DNA of 64,000 bases from Balamuthia mandrillaris (Eukaryota). The DNA is taken from contig JAVKOQ020000083.1 of NCBI GenBank assembly GCA_031835245.2, positions 124,001 through 188,000 on the forward strand, given 5' to 3'. The position numbers and the translations under genes are program-made. Positions within the stretch are counted from its first letter, which is position 1; the number at the start of each line of letters is the position of its first letter. Below are positions 26,495-39,548 of this stretch, piece by piece. The notes beneath the pieces are model-generated. The model worked only from the letters and a program-made list of their open reading frames with translations, was not told the origin of the DNA and did no database searches.

Positions 26495-29400
26495 ATGTTA
26501 CCAACAGCAGTAGGTGGGATCGGTGGGGCGCCGGCTGTGCCACCACAACAGCAGGCCATAACACTGCAGCAATACCCACAGCAACACCAACAGGTGGGTC
26601 ATGGAGGCGTGGTGCTTGAATTGGGAGGAGGTGCAGGCCCAGATGCATTCCCTGGCAGCACTCCTTCTGCCTTCTCTGCTGCTGCCTCTGCCAGTTCCCA
26701 CGCGCCACAGGCATCCAACAACAACAGCAGCAACAACGCGTCGCTGCAATCGACGGGTGCTGCGTCGGAGGACATGGAGGGAGGGACCAACATAGTGCGC
26801 TCCAGCTCCACCAAAGTGCTTCGCTCACGCGCCGCCTGGAAGTCCTCTGGAGGCCTCCCCTCTGGCTTTCTCCTCTCTCCTCTTATCCCTGTCCCCTCTT
26901 CATCTGCTTCTTCCTCTTCTCCCACCAGCAACAGCAGCAGCTGGCTTCGTCGTGCGGCCGTGCGGTGCACCCGCTGCCAGGCCTACGTCAACAAGTACTG
27001 CGACGTCTCGGGCCTCAAGGACGGGCGCTGGCGCTGCGTCTTCTGCTCTCACCTCAACAGCCACCCGGAGGAGTACAGCGAGCCCTCCTGCGCCCTCTTC
27101 CCCGAGTTCACCCGCAAGGTGGTGGACTACCTGGACCCCACCCTGCAGCCGCCGCAAAAGCATGCGTCGCCCCTGCTGGGCCCGCTCTTTGTGCTGGTGG
27201 TGGATGCCAACCTGGTCCAGGATGACCTGGAGGTCATCGGTGACTCCATCAAAACCGCCTTGAGCAGTGTGGCAGGGATGAAGACGGCTCGGCCGGGAGA
27301 GAACGGTGATGGTAGTGGGGACGAGAGCCAGCCTGGGGGGAGGGCAAGCGCTGCTGTGGAGGGTCCGCCGCCGCGCGTTAGCATAGTGGCGTTCTCCACC
27401 ACCGTGTCGATCTATGAGCTGAATCCTGTGATGGAAGGGATGGCGGTGGGTTCGGCGGTGGTGGCCTCAGCGGAGGTATTCTCGGGGGTGGCTGGCTTGC
27501 TGGCGGAGGATAGGGCTTACATTGCGGGTAAAGCTCATGCCTTTACCGCCGAGATAAACGAAGGCAGCATGGAATGCGTGGATCGAGTGTTGGAGGCTCT
27601 CATCTTCTCTGCCCCCAAAGAGAAACAACCCATTCAGCAGCGATGCTTGGGAACTGCTCTGGAGGCTGCCTTGACTCTCATCAATGCTTCTGCATCGTCG
27701 TTCCCTTCCCCTGCTTCGTTTGCTGCTTCGCTCGACGAGTTTGATGATGGAAGCTCTTCTACTTCTTCTCATCAACATAACGGCGGACGAGTGGTGGTAT
27801 TCATGAATGGCGGCTGCAATCTGGGACCCGGAAGACTGGAGGCTGAGGGAGAACAAGCGGACGCCCAAAAGAAGCAGTTTTACAGGGAGGAGGCAGCTGC
27901 CTACTTCAAGAAACTGGACATGCAAGCCCTCACTGCCAACGCCAGCATCGACCTGTTCTGTTGTGGACTAAAGCGATTCAACGTGCCTGTCTTACAAAAC
28001 TTGGTGCTGGGTAACGGTGGAGCAGTTATCATGCAAAAGGAGTTTGGAGCTGAATTTGCCATCACCCTTGAGCTCACCTTGCATCGAGGTGTGCTATCAT
28101 CGCTTTCTCTTTTTTGCTCTGTTCCTTTCTGTTTTACCTCTCACATTCTTCCGTTTATTTGCAAAAAGGTTGTGGCAGAGATGGTCATCTTTCAATTCAA
28201 TGCTCATCCCCAATTGTGTTTACACATATTATCGGACCTGCGGTTGCCTCCAACAGTGACAGTGACTCATGTATGCTCAATTGTTGTTGCGATGATATTG
28301 TTATGACTTATGTTAATTGTTTACAGCGGAAACAGCTCGTCATGAGTTCCGAATGGGATGCGTTACCCCGTCTCTCTGTTATTCATTGTTTTACTCTGTT
28401 GGGGACGATACTATGGCCTCAAATGTGTACTTCCAATTCGTTGTTCGTTACACCAACTATGCAAATCAATGGTTCTCTCTCTCTCTCTCCCCTCTTTCAG
28501 TCATCATGCTAAAGTCTTTGTTTCATTCTTTTTCAACTGTAGTATTTTGCGGATCATAACACAACGCTTAGAAACTACTGCCAATTTCTCCAAGTTTTGC
28601 GCGTCGGTAGATGCTCACCTAACTGCAATCTTGCTTGCCAAGAAAATCATCCTCCTCTCTCGCAAAGTAGACAATCCGACTGAAGCCATAACTCATCTGT
28701 ACATTCTTTTCTTCTTTTCTTCTTTTCTTCTTCCTCCTTCTTTATCATCTTTCTCACGTTTTGCAATCAGCGATAAAACATTGGTCAACATATCTAAAGG
28801 TTGTGGTCAAAAAGACAAGTTTGGTTTGCTTCGCCTTCCCGCTGAGCTTGCCGTTATTCCTCGTTTGTTCGTATTTCTTTGCTCCTCTCCTCTCCCTTCT
28901 CGCTTTTCCTTCTGTTAATTACAACAAACAAAGGATGTACTTGCTTCGACGCGGCCCCATGCTCTCTCCCATCCTACAACACCCCGATGATATTGACTTT
29001 CTACGTTGTCTCTTTCTCAACGCCAATTTTGAGGACAGCCTGCGGCTCATCGACCCTCCCCTACTGCTGGCCGATACGAGCGTCTTCCAAAGGATCCCCC
29101 TCCAAGACCTTGCCTTGCAGTCCAACTTTGTGCTGCTGCTTGACCATCACACTGACATCTTCATTTGGATAGGGAATGAGGCCACCCATCGCACAGACTT
29201 GGTGGAGCTTTGCAGGCGATACGCCTCCCAGGTGGCTAAAGACCGTTGGCCCCAACCACAACTCATGATTTTCAAGGTTTGTTATTATTATCCTCTTCAA
29301 CTAAGCCAAAAAGAAGGGAAGACAAGGAGAACGATGAAGAGAAGAGAACGAGAGAAGAGCAACGGTAAAGAAAGTGCTAACATTCTCTCTAACAATTGTA

Positions 29401-29596
29401 GGAGGGGTCATCGATGGCTCGATGTTTGCAGTGTCGTTTGATCCCATCGCACCAGGACTCGCTGGAGGAGCAGAGGCATTCCTTCCCGCAGATCATGGAG
29501 CTCAGCCAGCAGCAGTACGCCAAGCTCATGTCCAAGTTCCATCGCACCGACGAGATCAGCTACTCCCACTACTATCGGAAGCTGCTCTCCGCCTAA
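26495..29596 (+). CDS. Divergent Sec23-family COPII coat protein
   Basis: Zn finger VRCTRCQAYVN...WRCVFC; trunk FVLVVD, RCLGTALEAA, GGCNLGPG; gelsolin-like LLLDHHTDIFIWIG; C-terminal RLIPSHQD..EQ..FPQI. Confidence 0.85.
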
Positions 29597-29732
29597 CTCT
29601 CACGTTTTCATTTCCATTTTATTCTACTTCACTAAATGATTAACTGAAGCGAAATGAAATACTTTAGTGCAGCCTCTTACAAACTTTGTTCGACAACCAC
29701 CAAAAAAGAAGCAACAACAACCCACCAAGAGA

Positions 29733-30461
29733 ATGACCTCCACAACAAACATCAAAACGATAAAGTGTAGGGTGGTCGGTAATGATGGCACTGGAAGAAC
29801 TGCCATGGCGGTCACCTTCACCTCGAACTCCTTTCCCGGCGATCACTTCCCTCAGGCCTTTGACTGCTTCTCTGCCAACCTCTCTGCCGGCGAACAAACG
29901 GTCAAGCTGGAGCTTTACCCGGTTGCTGCCAGCGACGAGTACGCTCGTCTACGTCCGCTCTCTTACCCTGACACCGACGTCTTCTTGCTTTGTTACTCGG
30001 TGGCCTCTCCGCCCTCTTTCCTCAGCGTCGAGGCCAAGTGGAACTATGAAGTCCAGCACCATTGTCCCGACGTTCCCAAGCTGTTGGTAGGAACCAAGGT
30101 GGACCTCCGCAGGAGGCAAGAAGATGCCAGGCAACAGCAGGCCGCACCTCCTCCTCGCCAAAAGAATACTCGTGAGAGCGATCATAGCCATAGAGAAGGA
30201 GAGAGAGAAGAGAGTGATCGAGTAGAACAAGAAGAACAGGTGGAGTGCGTGAGCAAAGAGGAGGGAGAGCGCATGGCGAAACGGATAGGCGCTGTGCAGC
30301 ATCTGGAGTGCAGCGCGCTCACACAGGAGGGCCTCAGAGAGCTGAGGGACCAGGTCGTGAAAACAGCTCTCTCTTCCGCTTCCTCACAGTCTTCTTCTGG
30401 AGGAGGGAAGAAAGAAAAGAAGCGATTCGGTCTGTTTGGTAAGAAGAATAAAGGCAAGTAA
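29733..30461 (+). CDS. Rho/Rac-like small GTPase with degenerate G1-G3 motifs (putative pseudo-GTPase), intronless
   Basis: Rho hallmarks EYARLRPLSYPDTDVFL, KW..EVQHHCPDVPKLLVGTKVDLR and ECSALTQEGL; P-loop reads GNDGTGRT. Confidence 0.85.
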   Translation: MTSTTNIKTIKCRVVGNDGTGRTAMAVTFTSNSFPGDHFPQAFDCFSANLSAGEQTVKLELYPVAASDEYARLRPLSYPDTDVFLLCYSVASPPSFLSVEAKWNYEVQHHCPDVPKLLVGTKVDLRRRQEDARQQQAAPPPRQKNTRESDHSHREGEREESDRVEQEEQVECVSKEEGERMAKRIGAVQHLECSALTQEGLRELRDQVVKTALSSASSQSSSGGGKKEKKRFGLFGKKNKGK

Positions 30462-30512
30462 AGACTGAGAGAGTTACGACTTTGTTAACAAAAATAAAGT
30501 ATACTGTTTCTC

Positions 30513-33500
30513 TTAGTTGATGTTGGTGAGAGAAGAGGCAGCGGAGGACATCGCCCATGACAACAGGTTGGCGCAACGAACGTGAAACGCAACTTCCTCC
30601 CAATGAATGATCTGCTTCTCGCTTGTGGAGGCGCACAGCGCACATCTCGCGCCTTCTTCCTCAACTCGCTCTTTCTCTTTCTCTTTTGCCTCTTCGTTCA
30701 TTTCTTCTGTTGCAGAGATGGGGAGACGAGAGAGCAGTTCGTTGAACTTACGCCATTGGTCGTGAAGCTGGGCTGTTACTTCATCATCCTCTGCGCCTTT
30801 CGAGTATCTCTCTGCAACACTCTTTGCCGTTGTTCCAATTGCAAACAAAGCTTTAAACGAAAGCATTAGCCATCAAAATGAAAAGACGGAAGAGAAGCAG
30901 AGAAGAGCGAACGGAGAAGAGAAGAGAGAAAGAGGAAAGTGAAGAGAATGGGATTTTAGAATATGAGAAATGTACCTCGGGCTTGCCCGTCAAATGACGC
31001 TTCGAGCGAGAGTTGTTCAGCAACATCTTCAGCGCTGTGTCGCTGCAGTAGTTGCTCCAATGGCCGATTGAAAGCGGACAATAGAGCGGCGCTCTGTTGC
31101 AGCACAACAACGGCGTGTCGCTTTGTCAATGCGTTGTTGTTGCTTGTCTTCTGTTCCTCCGCTTCTTTGGTTATAGTTGAGTTGGCAGAAGCCAATGTCG
31201 AAGACGAAGATGAATCGAAAGGGAGGAGTGAGGCAGATGATTCTGGAGAAGGTTGTGTTGGAGCGGGAGGACGAACAGCAGAAAATGACTGCTGTGGCGA
31301 TAACGCAGCAAAGCTAGTCCAATCATCTGAAGGAGGTGATGACAATGATGACGCTGCTTTATCTTCTTGTGGCTCACTTTGTTGATTGTTGTTCGTTGGC
31401 TGCCAACCAGAGAAAAGGTCATCAAGTAGAGCCGTTGTAGTTGTTGTCGTCTGCACAACGCTGCTCTCTTCTTGCACTTGTTCAACCGAATTCAGCGGAG
31501 GCGATTGGGGTTGTTGAGGGTGTGCTACAAAGTCTCCTATGTCACCCCAGTCGTCTTCTTCGGTTTTAACATCTGCCACTTTTTCTTTCCCTTTATCTTC
31601 CTTTGGCTGTATCGTAGTTGATGGAGAAGATGAAGATGCAATAGTGAAATCAGAGAGGAAGGCATTTGCTGAAGAGGAAGAATACGGAGGCGAAGAAGAA
31701 GCGAGAGACGGAGAAAGCGAAGAAGATAATGGCGATGAAGGAGGAGAAGAAGCAGAAAAGGCTAAAATGGAGTCAAGTCTCGTGTCGGGAGTGATGCCAT
31801 CAAAAGTGGATGCTGATGCCGCTAAGAAAGATGATGGTGATGAGGAAGACGTAGGCAAGTTCGTCGCTTCTGCTCCAACAAAAGACCAGTCATCAAAAAA
31901 GGCAGCAGCTTCGTTCTTGGTGGTAGTGTTGTTCACTTCATTTGCTTTCTCGTCTTCGTTCTCTTCTTTGACATCTTCTTCAGTACTTATGCCCTCGTAG
32001 TTGTTAGCATTGATGATAGCTGAAGGAACATCCTCTTTGATCTCCGCTATTTCTTCCTTTCTTTCAGTGGCCTTATCTTCGTTTTCTGGTTGAAGTTGTT
32101 GTGAAGAGGAATCATTGAGGAAAGATTGTTGCGAACCGAACATTGTTGTTGTATGGGACACATCGCAGAACGGTGGTGATGATGCCTCAACGGCGGAGGA
32201 AGATGGAGATAATGTGGAAGCAGAAGAAAATCCAGAAAAAGAAGAAAATTCAGAAAAAGAAAATGATGATGGCGGTGATGCCGTCGTTGTTGATGGTAAT
32301 GACGAGTCCCACAATAATGATGAAGAAGACACTGACGATGATGAAGAAGCAGAAGGGGATGAAGTTATTGCATCATTCTGTTCATCGCCGACTGATGCCT
32401 CGAAGGAAAAGAAAGATGGAGCTAATATGGAGGAGGAGGAGGAAGAAGAAAGCGAAGAAGAAGAAAAGGCAGTAGAAGAATACGAAGAAGGAGAGAATAA
32501 AGATGTAGAAGAAGGAGGAGGAGAAGCAGTAAATGCTAAAATGGAGTCAAGTATAGTAGTTGGTGTATTGCTATCTGAAGTGGATGATGCTGATAGCGAC
32601 GAAGATGACAATGAGGAAGACGTAGGCGAGCTCGTTGCTCCAACAAACGACCATTCATCAAAAAATGCAGAAGCTTCGTTCTTGAGGGAAGCGTCCAGCT
32701 CGTCTTTGGGATTTTCGTCTGCTTCTTCGTTGCTATCCTCGCTTTGATTAGTAGTATGGATGATGGTTGCTCCTGAAGAAGCACCCTCCTCTTTGCTCTC
32801 CTCTTTTCTTTCACCGTCGGCTTCTTGTTTTGTTTCTTCAACTATTACTTCTTTTTCTGGTTGAAGATGTTGTACAGAGGAATCATGGAAGAAAGAAGAC
32901 GTAAGCGGCGGTTGTTGTTGTTGTTGGATATGCTGTGAAGCAAACATTGTAGAAGTGTTGGTGGTGGCGTAGATGTCGTTGATAGTTCCAGAGGGAGTGG
33001 CTGAAGCAAAACCACCCCAGTCGTCGTCAACATCTTCGTTGTTGCCTTCGCCGATAGCAGCACCATTACCATTTGCGTCGGTACCACTTTGAGCAAAATC
33101 TCCCCAAGAAGCAGATATAGGAGAGGATGGCTGTAATGTTGTTGGTGCTGATGATAATGCAGAGTCCCACCACAACGAAGAGGAAGATGAAGGAGAAGAC
33201 AAAGAGGACGCTGATGGAGCATCAGTAGTAGAAGCCTCCATTGCATCATTTTGTGCATCATCGAATGGCGCCTCGAAGGAAAAGGAAGATGGAGCTAATG
33301 TAGAAGAAGAAGCTGGAGATAGTGTGGAAGAAGAGGAAGAAGAGGAAGAAGATGCAGCGGAAGAAACAGTAAAGGTTTGAAATACGCTGCCATACGCAGA
33401 GCGATTGCCCCACGAAAATGCTTTGCTGCTTTGTTTGTATGTTGGAACATTGGATGTGTTCTTCTGGTTTGCCGCTTTGTTGCGCGAATGAGGAAAGAAG

Positions 33501-34085
33501 AAGTCGCCAGAGAGAATGTCTTGGTTGTTCGCTCTTTCCGCTGACTCTTCTTTTTTCTCTTTGTGCTTCTGCTCATCCTTTTCTTTGTCTTCTTCTACGT
33601 CCTCCTTCTCTTTTTCTTCTGCTTCTCTTTCTTCTTCATGCTGCTCCTCATTTTTGTGTTCGTCTTTTGTCTCTGTTTCGGTTTCATCAAAATACATGAA
33701 CGAAGCAGAAGACGAAGCAGAAGCTAAAGGGAGCGATGGTGGTGATGCAGATGGTAACGACGGAACCTCCTTCATCTGACCACTCACAGCACTGCTGCCA
33801 GCTGTTCCACCTTCGCTTGCAAGAAAATCGCCAAAGCCAAAACTGTCTTGCTCCTCCGCTGCCTCCTCCTTTTGCTTTCCGCCTTCCTCTCTCTTCACCA
33901 CGCTCTCACTTGCACTTGGGTTGTCATCGCCTAGCAAGTCGGGAAAGCTGTTGCTGTTGTTATGGTTGTTATGGTGGTTGTGGTTGTTGGAGGTGAAAAA
34001 GTCGCCAAACTCTTCTTCTTCTTCCTTTGCCTTTTGCTGCTGGTGTTGCTGTTGCGGTCCTACTTGTTGTGAGAGGGAGGAAGTT

Positions 34086-34130
<45 letters not shown>

Positions 34131-34714
34131 GGTTGCGGTTGCAGTTGTTTGAGTTTTGAGGGTTGATAGCGAGCAGCTAAAGAAAGAGGAGAAGAAGACG
34201 AGGCAGACGAAGAAGATGAGGAAAGAGAGGGAGAAGAGGCAAGAGCAGCAGAAAAGGAAGAAGAAGAAGAAGAAGAAGAAGAAGAAGAAGAAAGAGAAGG
34301 AGAAGAAGAAGCAAAAGAAGAAAGAGAAGGAGAGGAAGGAGCAGCATAAGAGGGAGCGGGAAAAGCGGAGAAGGGGAGTGAAGCCCCAGCAGGAGAAGGA
34401 GAAGGAGAAAGAGAGGAGGGAGGGAGGTGCCCCCAAGAGGGAAGCTGCTGCGGCTGTTGCCACATCATCGTGTTGTTGTGCCCGGGGCTCCCGGTGGCGT
34501 AGGCGTAAGGAGAGGTTGGCGGTTGAGCTTGAAGGTAAGGTTGCGGTGGTGGAGAGGTCATCAGCTGCATCATCATCATAGTAGAAGAAGAAGAGGAGGC
34601 AGAAAGAGGAGGCGCGCCCCCTGGAAAAGAAGAAGGAGCAGGTGATGGCTGAGAGGGTCCGCCACCATAACCATAACCTCCACTATAGTGGTGCGGTTGT
34701 TGAGAGCCAAACAT
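30513..34714 (-). CDS. Gamma-synergin-like AP-1/clathrin accessory protein (large, low complexity, 2 exons)
   Basis: Repeated FGDF/WGDF/WGGF/WGDIGDF acidic motifs; C-terminal CALC...WEEVAFHVRCANLL resembles the gamma-synergin C-terminus (CxxC...YHxxCANxW); one intron at about 30851-30975. Confidence 0.65.
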
Positions 34715-35382
34715 ATTTTGTTGTTGGTTGTTGAAGGAGTATTTTTTTTTTTAGGAAGATGCCAAACCAAAAGGTGAGGGCCACTCCCTCCTTCCCCGCC
34801 TTTTCCTTCCTTCCTTTTCTTTTTTGTCACTTTTCTTTTTTTTTTGTTGGGTGTCGACACGAGTGGAGAATTTGTGTAACATTTGTGCTCCATTGCTGCA
34901 CCTTTGGGTGTCGACACGAATACAACAAATTGTGCTGAAGAGTGGAAGCACAATAGGTGCAGTGAAGATGCTGTATTGCTGCACAGTCACGGTACACGTA
35001 CTGATCAGGTTGAAAACAAACGCTGGAGTTTTAAAGCACAACATGTGCAATCTTCACCATCGAGTCGACACGAAAAATGTCGACTAAAATAAATAGAGAA
35101 AAAGAAAGAAGAGAGAGAAAGAGGAAAAGGGAGAAAGAAGAGGTGACCACGTCCTCACTTTTTTTTTTTGGTTTTCGTCACACTCCCTCTCCCTCTCTTT
35201 TTCCACAAACTTGTTGTTTTTCCCCCATTGTGTGTTTTTTTTTTTTTTGAAAAAAACAACTCCAACGAAACAAAAACAACAAAAAAAAAAAAACCCTGGA
35301 AGTGAATCTCAACACGGCAGCGCTGTTGCTGCTCAGCTTCCTCCTCTCCGCACTCTTTGGGGCCACGCTCTGCCTCGCCAGG

Positions 35383-38300
35383 ATGAAGGTGCATAAAGGG
35401 GGGCTCAAGTCCGGCTGCCTGCTCTTCCTCGCCATGTCCGCCGTCATGGTGGCCGTGGAGGGCAACAGCTTCTTCCGCTTCTTTGACGAGGTGGGGGCCA
35501 ACCACAACGGACCCAGCTTCTCCGAGTCGCGGCTCTACTCCCTGGAGGCTGGCTTGAAGGAGGTGGAAGGCCACGTCGCCTGCTTTGGCGACATGGACAG
35601 TGACAAATAGTTTGTTCTTGTTCTTGTTCTTCTTGTTCTTCTTGTTCTTGTTCTTCTTCTTCTTCTTGTTCTTCTTCTTCTTCTTCTTGTTCTTCTTCTT
35701 CTTCCTCTTCTTCTTGTATGTCTTTTCATCCTCGTTGTTTCCCATTCGTGACGCTCTTCATTTTCGCAGTAATGACTTATTCATAGTGAGTGGAGAGGAC
35801 CAGACCAGAATCGATGTTTATGTCTGGAATCACGGTACCGTTTTCTCTTCTCTTCTCTTCATCGTTCTCTTCATCAGTCTCTTCTCTTCTGCCACATTTC
35901 TCTATTTTCTCTCTTCTCAATCACTGCAGCGAAAACCTACTACAACCACTTACAAACAACTCTATGAACAAACGTTAAAGATAAGTTCCGTTTTGTCAAG
36001 AAGCCAGAGGCAACGATCCAGGAGAGCATGCCCATCACAAATGTGGTCGGCGCCGACTTTAACTATGACGGCAAGCTGGACTTGCTTGTCTCTGGTCCTA
36101 GCGTCAACAAAGACAGGAACATTGACCCCGCGAAGAGAGGTGATACCGGCAGCTATTATCTCCATATATACCTTGGAAACTACAGATCATTTGGTAGCCT
36201 GACAAACTCGCACTTCTTATCTTTATTTTTTATTGTGCTTATTCTCTTCTTCTCTCTCTATGTGTCTCCTTTCTCTTTCTTCTATTTTCTTTGTCTCTTT
36301 ACTCTTTGTATTGTTGTTTGTGTTACTAGATACACAACCGCCATTAGTATTGGAGGAGTCACTGGACCAAGTGCTGGTCTTGGATTCCAATGGGGACCTC
36401 CTTCCTGACCTGTTTGGCACTAGCGCAGTCACTGGAAAGCGTTCCTATTGGATCAATACCAGCAAAGCTCGCTCTCTCTCCATTCAAGTGTACTTGCTTG
36501 TTCTTTACTTCTGCTTCTTTTTGATTTTCTCTTTCTCCATTATCTCATGTTAAAACACCATACACATTACATTAGAACGGAACAATCAACAGAAGAATCA
36601 AAGTTGCAGCCCTTAGCGGCTCCTCGTTTCAACGCATTTGTGGATTTGGATGGAGACTGTGCGTCTGATCTTTATGTCACCGCAACGGGAGAGACATCGA
36701 ATGAGGAGGAGCAAGCACAAAGCGGTAACTCTCTCATTGAGATTTGGGAGAACAAAAAGGGCTCATTCGTGCGGCGGCAGGGTAAAGGCTTTGAACTGCC
36801 TGATGGCGCTGGTCAGCCATTGTTTGCCGATATGAGTATGACAAAATTTTTCTGTTTTCTTTCTTTTCTTTTCTTTTCTTGTTCTTCTGACATCACTTTT
36901 TCTTCTAATCGAAAAAAAAAAAGATGGAGATGGCACTATAGACATAGTCTATCCAATTTGCATACCGACAAATACATGCACGACGGAGAATAGTTTGATA
37001 ATAGTGTACAACGAACAAAAACCAGTTTGTAGAGGATGGTGGGACTCCGATTGTAGGCCCTCCACAGAGCTTTGTTCCGCCGATAGCAATTATTTGAAGG
37101 ATACCAAACTCCTTGCTCCTCATTTTTCTGAGGTACTCTTTTTCTTTTCTTTGCTATTTTGTCTTAGTATTTGTTTAAAATAGTTCCTCACAAACATAAA
37201 TAATGGTTTTTCCTAGAATGTGGTTCATGTTCCACAAGCTGCATTCAAAGGAGCGCGCTTCTACAAGCATCCACACTTGGAAATGCCAATCACTTTACGT
37301 GCAGGTTTCTCTCTCCTTCTTCTCTCTCTCTCTGTCTCTCTCTCTTGTACAAAATCTTAACAGCCACTTGTTTCTTTATATAGGTGACTATAACTTGGAT
37401 GGTTATACAGATTTATTGATTCCTGTGATCGACCCACATGGCCGCGTGTTTGTGCAGCTGTGGAAAAACAAAGCGTGCGAAGATGCCAAGTATGGATGTA
37501 AGCGGGAAGGCTCTCACGTCGGCTCCGTCGCGGATCGAACTTTGGTTCCTATCGACGACGACGATGAAATAAAAGCTCTAACAAGCATCGACAACGCCTA
37601 TGCCGCTGCATTTTTTGACCTTAACGAAGACGTACCACTTTCTCTTTTCGTGTTTCGCTGTTTTTCCACTGTTTTTGTTTTTATTTCTCTGCTCTGCTTT
37701 CTTCTTGCAATGAATCAAACTGTCAAGGCATTAAGATGGGAACATTTTACTATCAATAGGGTTCTCCCGACATTCTGGTGATGGTCGATGACTCGATTTC
37801 AGGAGGCAACGGCCGTCGCGTAGAGGCGATATTCAATAACTTTCAGAACGATGTGTTCTTCCTCAAAACATTAGGTACTATCGAACTCTCGTCTTCTTTT
37901 CTTGTTTTAATTTTATTGTTGAAGCTAACTTGTTGAATCGGAAAATAAGGTCTGAACGGGGTGTGCACGGAATGGTGTAATAGTGGTCCGAAGTTTCCCG
38001 ATCCGAAACCTTATGGCGTTAACTATGCAGGAGGAGTCTTGTTCGTGCAGCTTCTTCTCTACTCTCTTTGCTCTCTTGCTCTCTTCCTTTCTCTTTTCTA
38101 ACTTTAGGAATGGTTACTTTACAGCAAGTTTACAGTAACTGATTTGTCGGGAAAGAAACGAATGCGACAAGGAGGTCAATTATATCAGTCCTCTTATCTC
38201 CCTCTACAGACGCCTTACAACGTTTTTGGACTGGGTCGTACGTCCAATTACATTGAAGATTTTGCATACGGTATCTCTTCTAATCATGTAAGTCTCTCTC

Positions 38301-38726
38301 TCTCTCTCTGTGTTTCCATAAAATGTCACTTTCTTTGTCTAACAACCATTGAAATAGGATCCTAATTGGAATAGTTGGATTTGCATCATACCAAACTCAC
38401 AGTTGGTGGCAATTCCCTACAAGCCTGATGACCCACAAAGGTACAGCCTTCCTCTTTCTTTTTTCTTTCTCTCCTTCTCTTTCTCCTCCCGTTCACTCTC
38501 TGCCTGGCTTCTCTTTCCGTTTCTCTATTCTCATTCTTTATTTAATAGCTGGAAGCTGGAACTGTACATAAAGCCATCCGGTTTGGCTCTGTGGGTTGCT
38601 TTAGCCATTCTCTCTGCACTGTTCGCTTTGGCAGTGATCATTTTCCTTTTCCATTGGCGCGAGAAGCGACAGGACGAGAAAGAAAAGCAAGAGAACGCTC
38701 ATCTCTTTTCTTTCTCTGCCCTGTAA
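35383..38726 (+). CDS. ITFG1: T-cell immunomodulatory protein / LINKIN (FG-GAP repeats, single C-terminal TM)
   Basis: Signal peptide; FG-GAP-like FGDMDSDK, ADFNYDGKLDLLV, DSNGDLLPDL, GDYNLDGYTDL; LQTPYNVFGLGRTSNYIE; IIPNSQL; TM followed by EKQENAHLFSFSAL*. Confidence 0.93.
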
Positions 38727-38909
38727 ATCGCATCGTAAACTATCTGTTCGTTCCTCCTTTTCCGCTCTGTTTTTTTTTTCTCGTTGCTTTTTTTGAACAA
38801 AATAGACAACTTATTTATTTACAGAGTTAAACTGTCCTAACGTATTTACAGTTTTAACACAAAACAAAGTGCTCTCACTTCAAACATAGAAAACTATTCA
38901 CTTCTCTCT

Positions 38910-39548
38910 TTAGACTTGCATAACCAACGTTCTAATCTCAGAGCTTGAACGAAGGCTATCTTCTCTTGTTCTCTTTGCATTCTCGCTGCACTCTTCACAA
39001 AGCTTTTTCACGGTTTGTTTTTTTTGCTCCCTCCAACTTGCTTCTTCCTCTTCCTCTTCACTTTGTTGAAGACTCTCTTTACTGAGTTCTGCTTCTGCAA
39101 ATTGCAGTAAATCTTCTCGAGAAAGTTGAGCGATTTGCATGGAAATCTCCTTCGATGATTTGGATATGCTCTCGCTCGTTGCTCTACAGCTTTCCACAGT
39201 CGCTTCTGCCACTCTTTTGTTGTTGGTGTTGTTAGTGTTGTTGTTCGTTTTTTCTTCTTGGTCACCAACACAGGAAGAAGAAGGAATGGAAACGAGGAGA
39301 TGCAGAGTCGAAGAGAAAGAAGACTCGACGCTCTGTCGAAACGCTTCTCTCAGCTCGTCATCCGAAGTGATGCCAACGACGTCTCCTTCATCGTCGATGT
39401 AGTGGAGCCTTACTTCCCCGTTCACAGGAGAAAGAGCGTAAAGAGAGGTGATGGAGGAGCGAAGCTCTCGGAAGCAACCCCCTGTTGGCCACAGGAACCA
39501 TCGTTGCTCCTCTCCACAAATCGCTTTCACCGTGAACGGCCCTTCCAT
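38910..39548 (-). CDS. PB1-domain protein, intronless
   Basis: N-terminal TVKA (conserved Lys) and OPCA motif LHYIDDEGDVVGITSDDELREA; helical C-terminus. Confidence 0.8.
   Translation of the reverse strand: MEGPFTVKAICGEEQRWFLWPTGGCFRELRSSITSLYALSPVNGEVRLHYIDDEGDVVGITSDDELREAFRQSVESSFSSTLHLLVSIPSSSCVGDQEEKTNNNTNNTNNKRVAEATVESCRATSESISKSSKEISMQIAQLSREDLLQFAEAELSKESLQQSEEEEEEASWREQKKQTVKKLCEECSENAKRTREDSLRSSSEIRTLVMQV

Noticed and set aside
18676..30461. RhoGEF and pseudo-Rho as a functional cluster
   Set aside because: Separated by three unrelated genes, and both families are large in amoebae, so proximity is plausibly chance.
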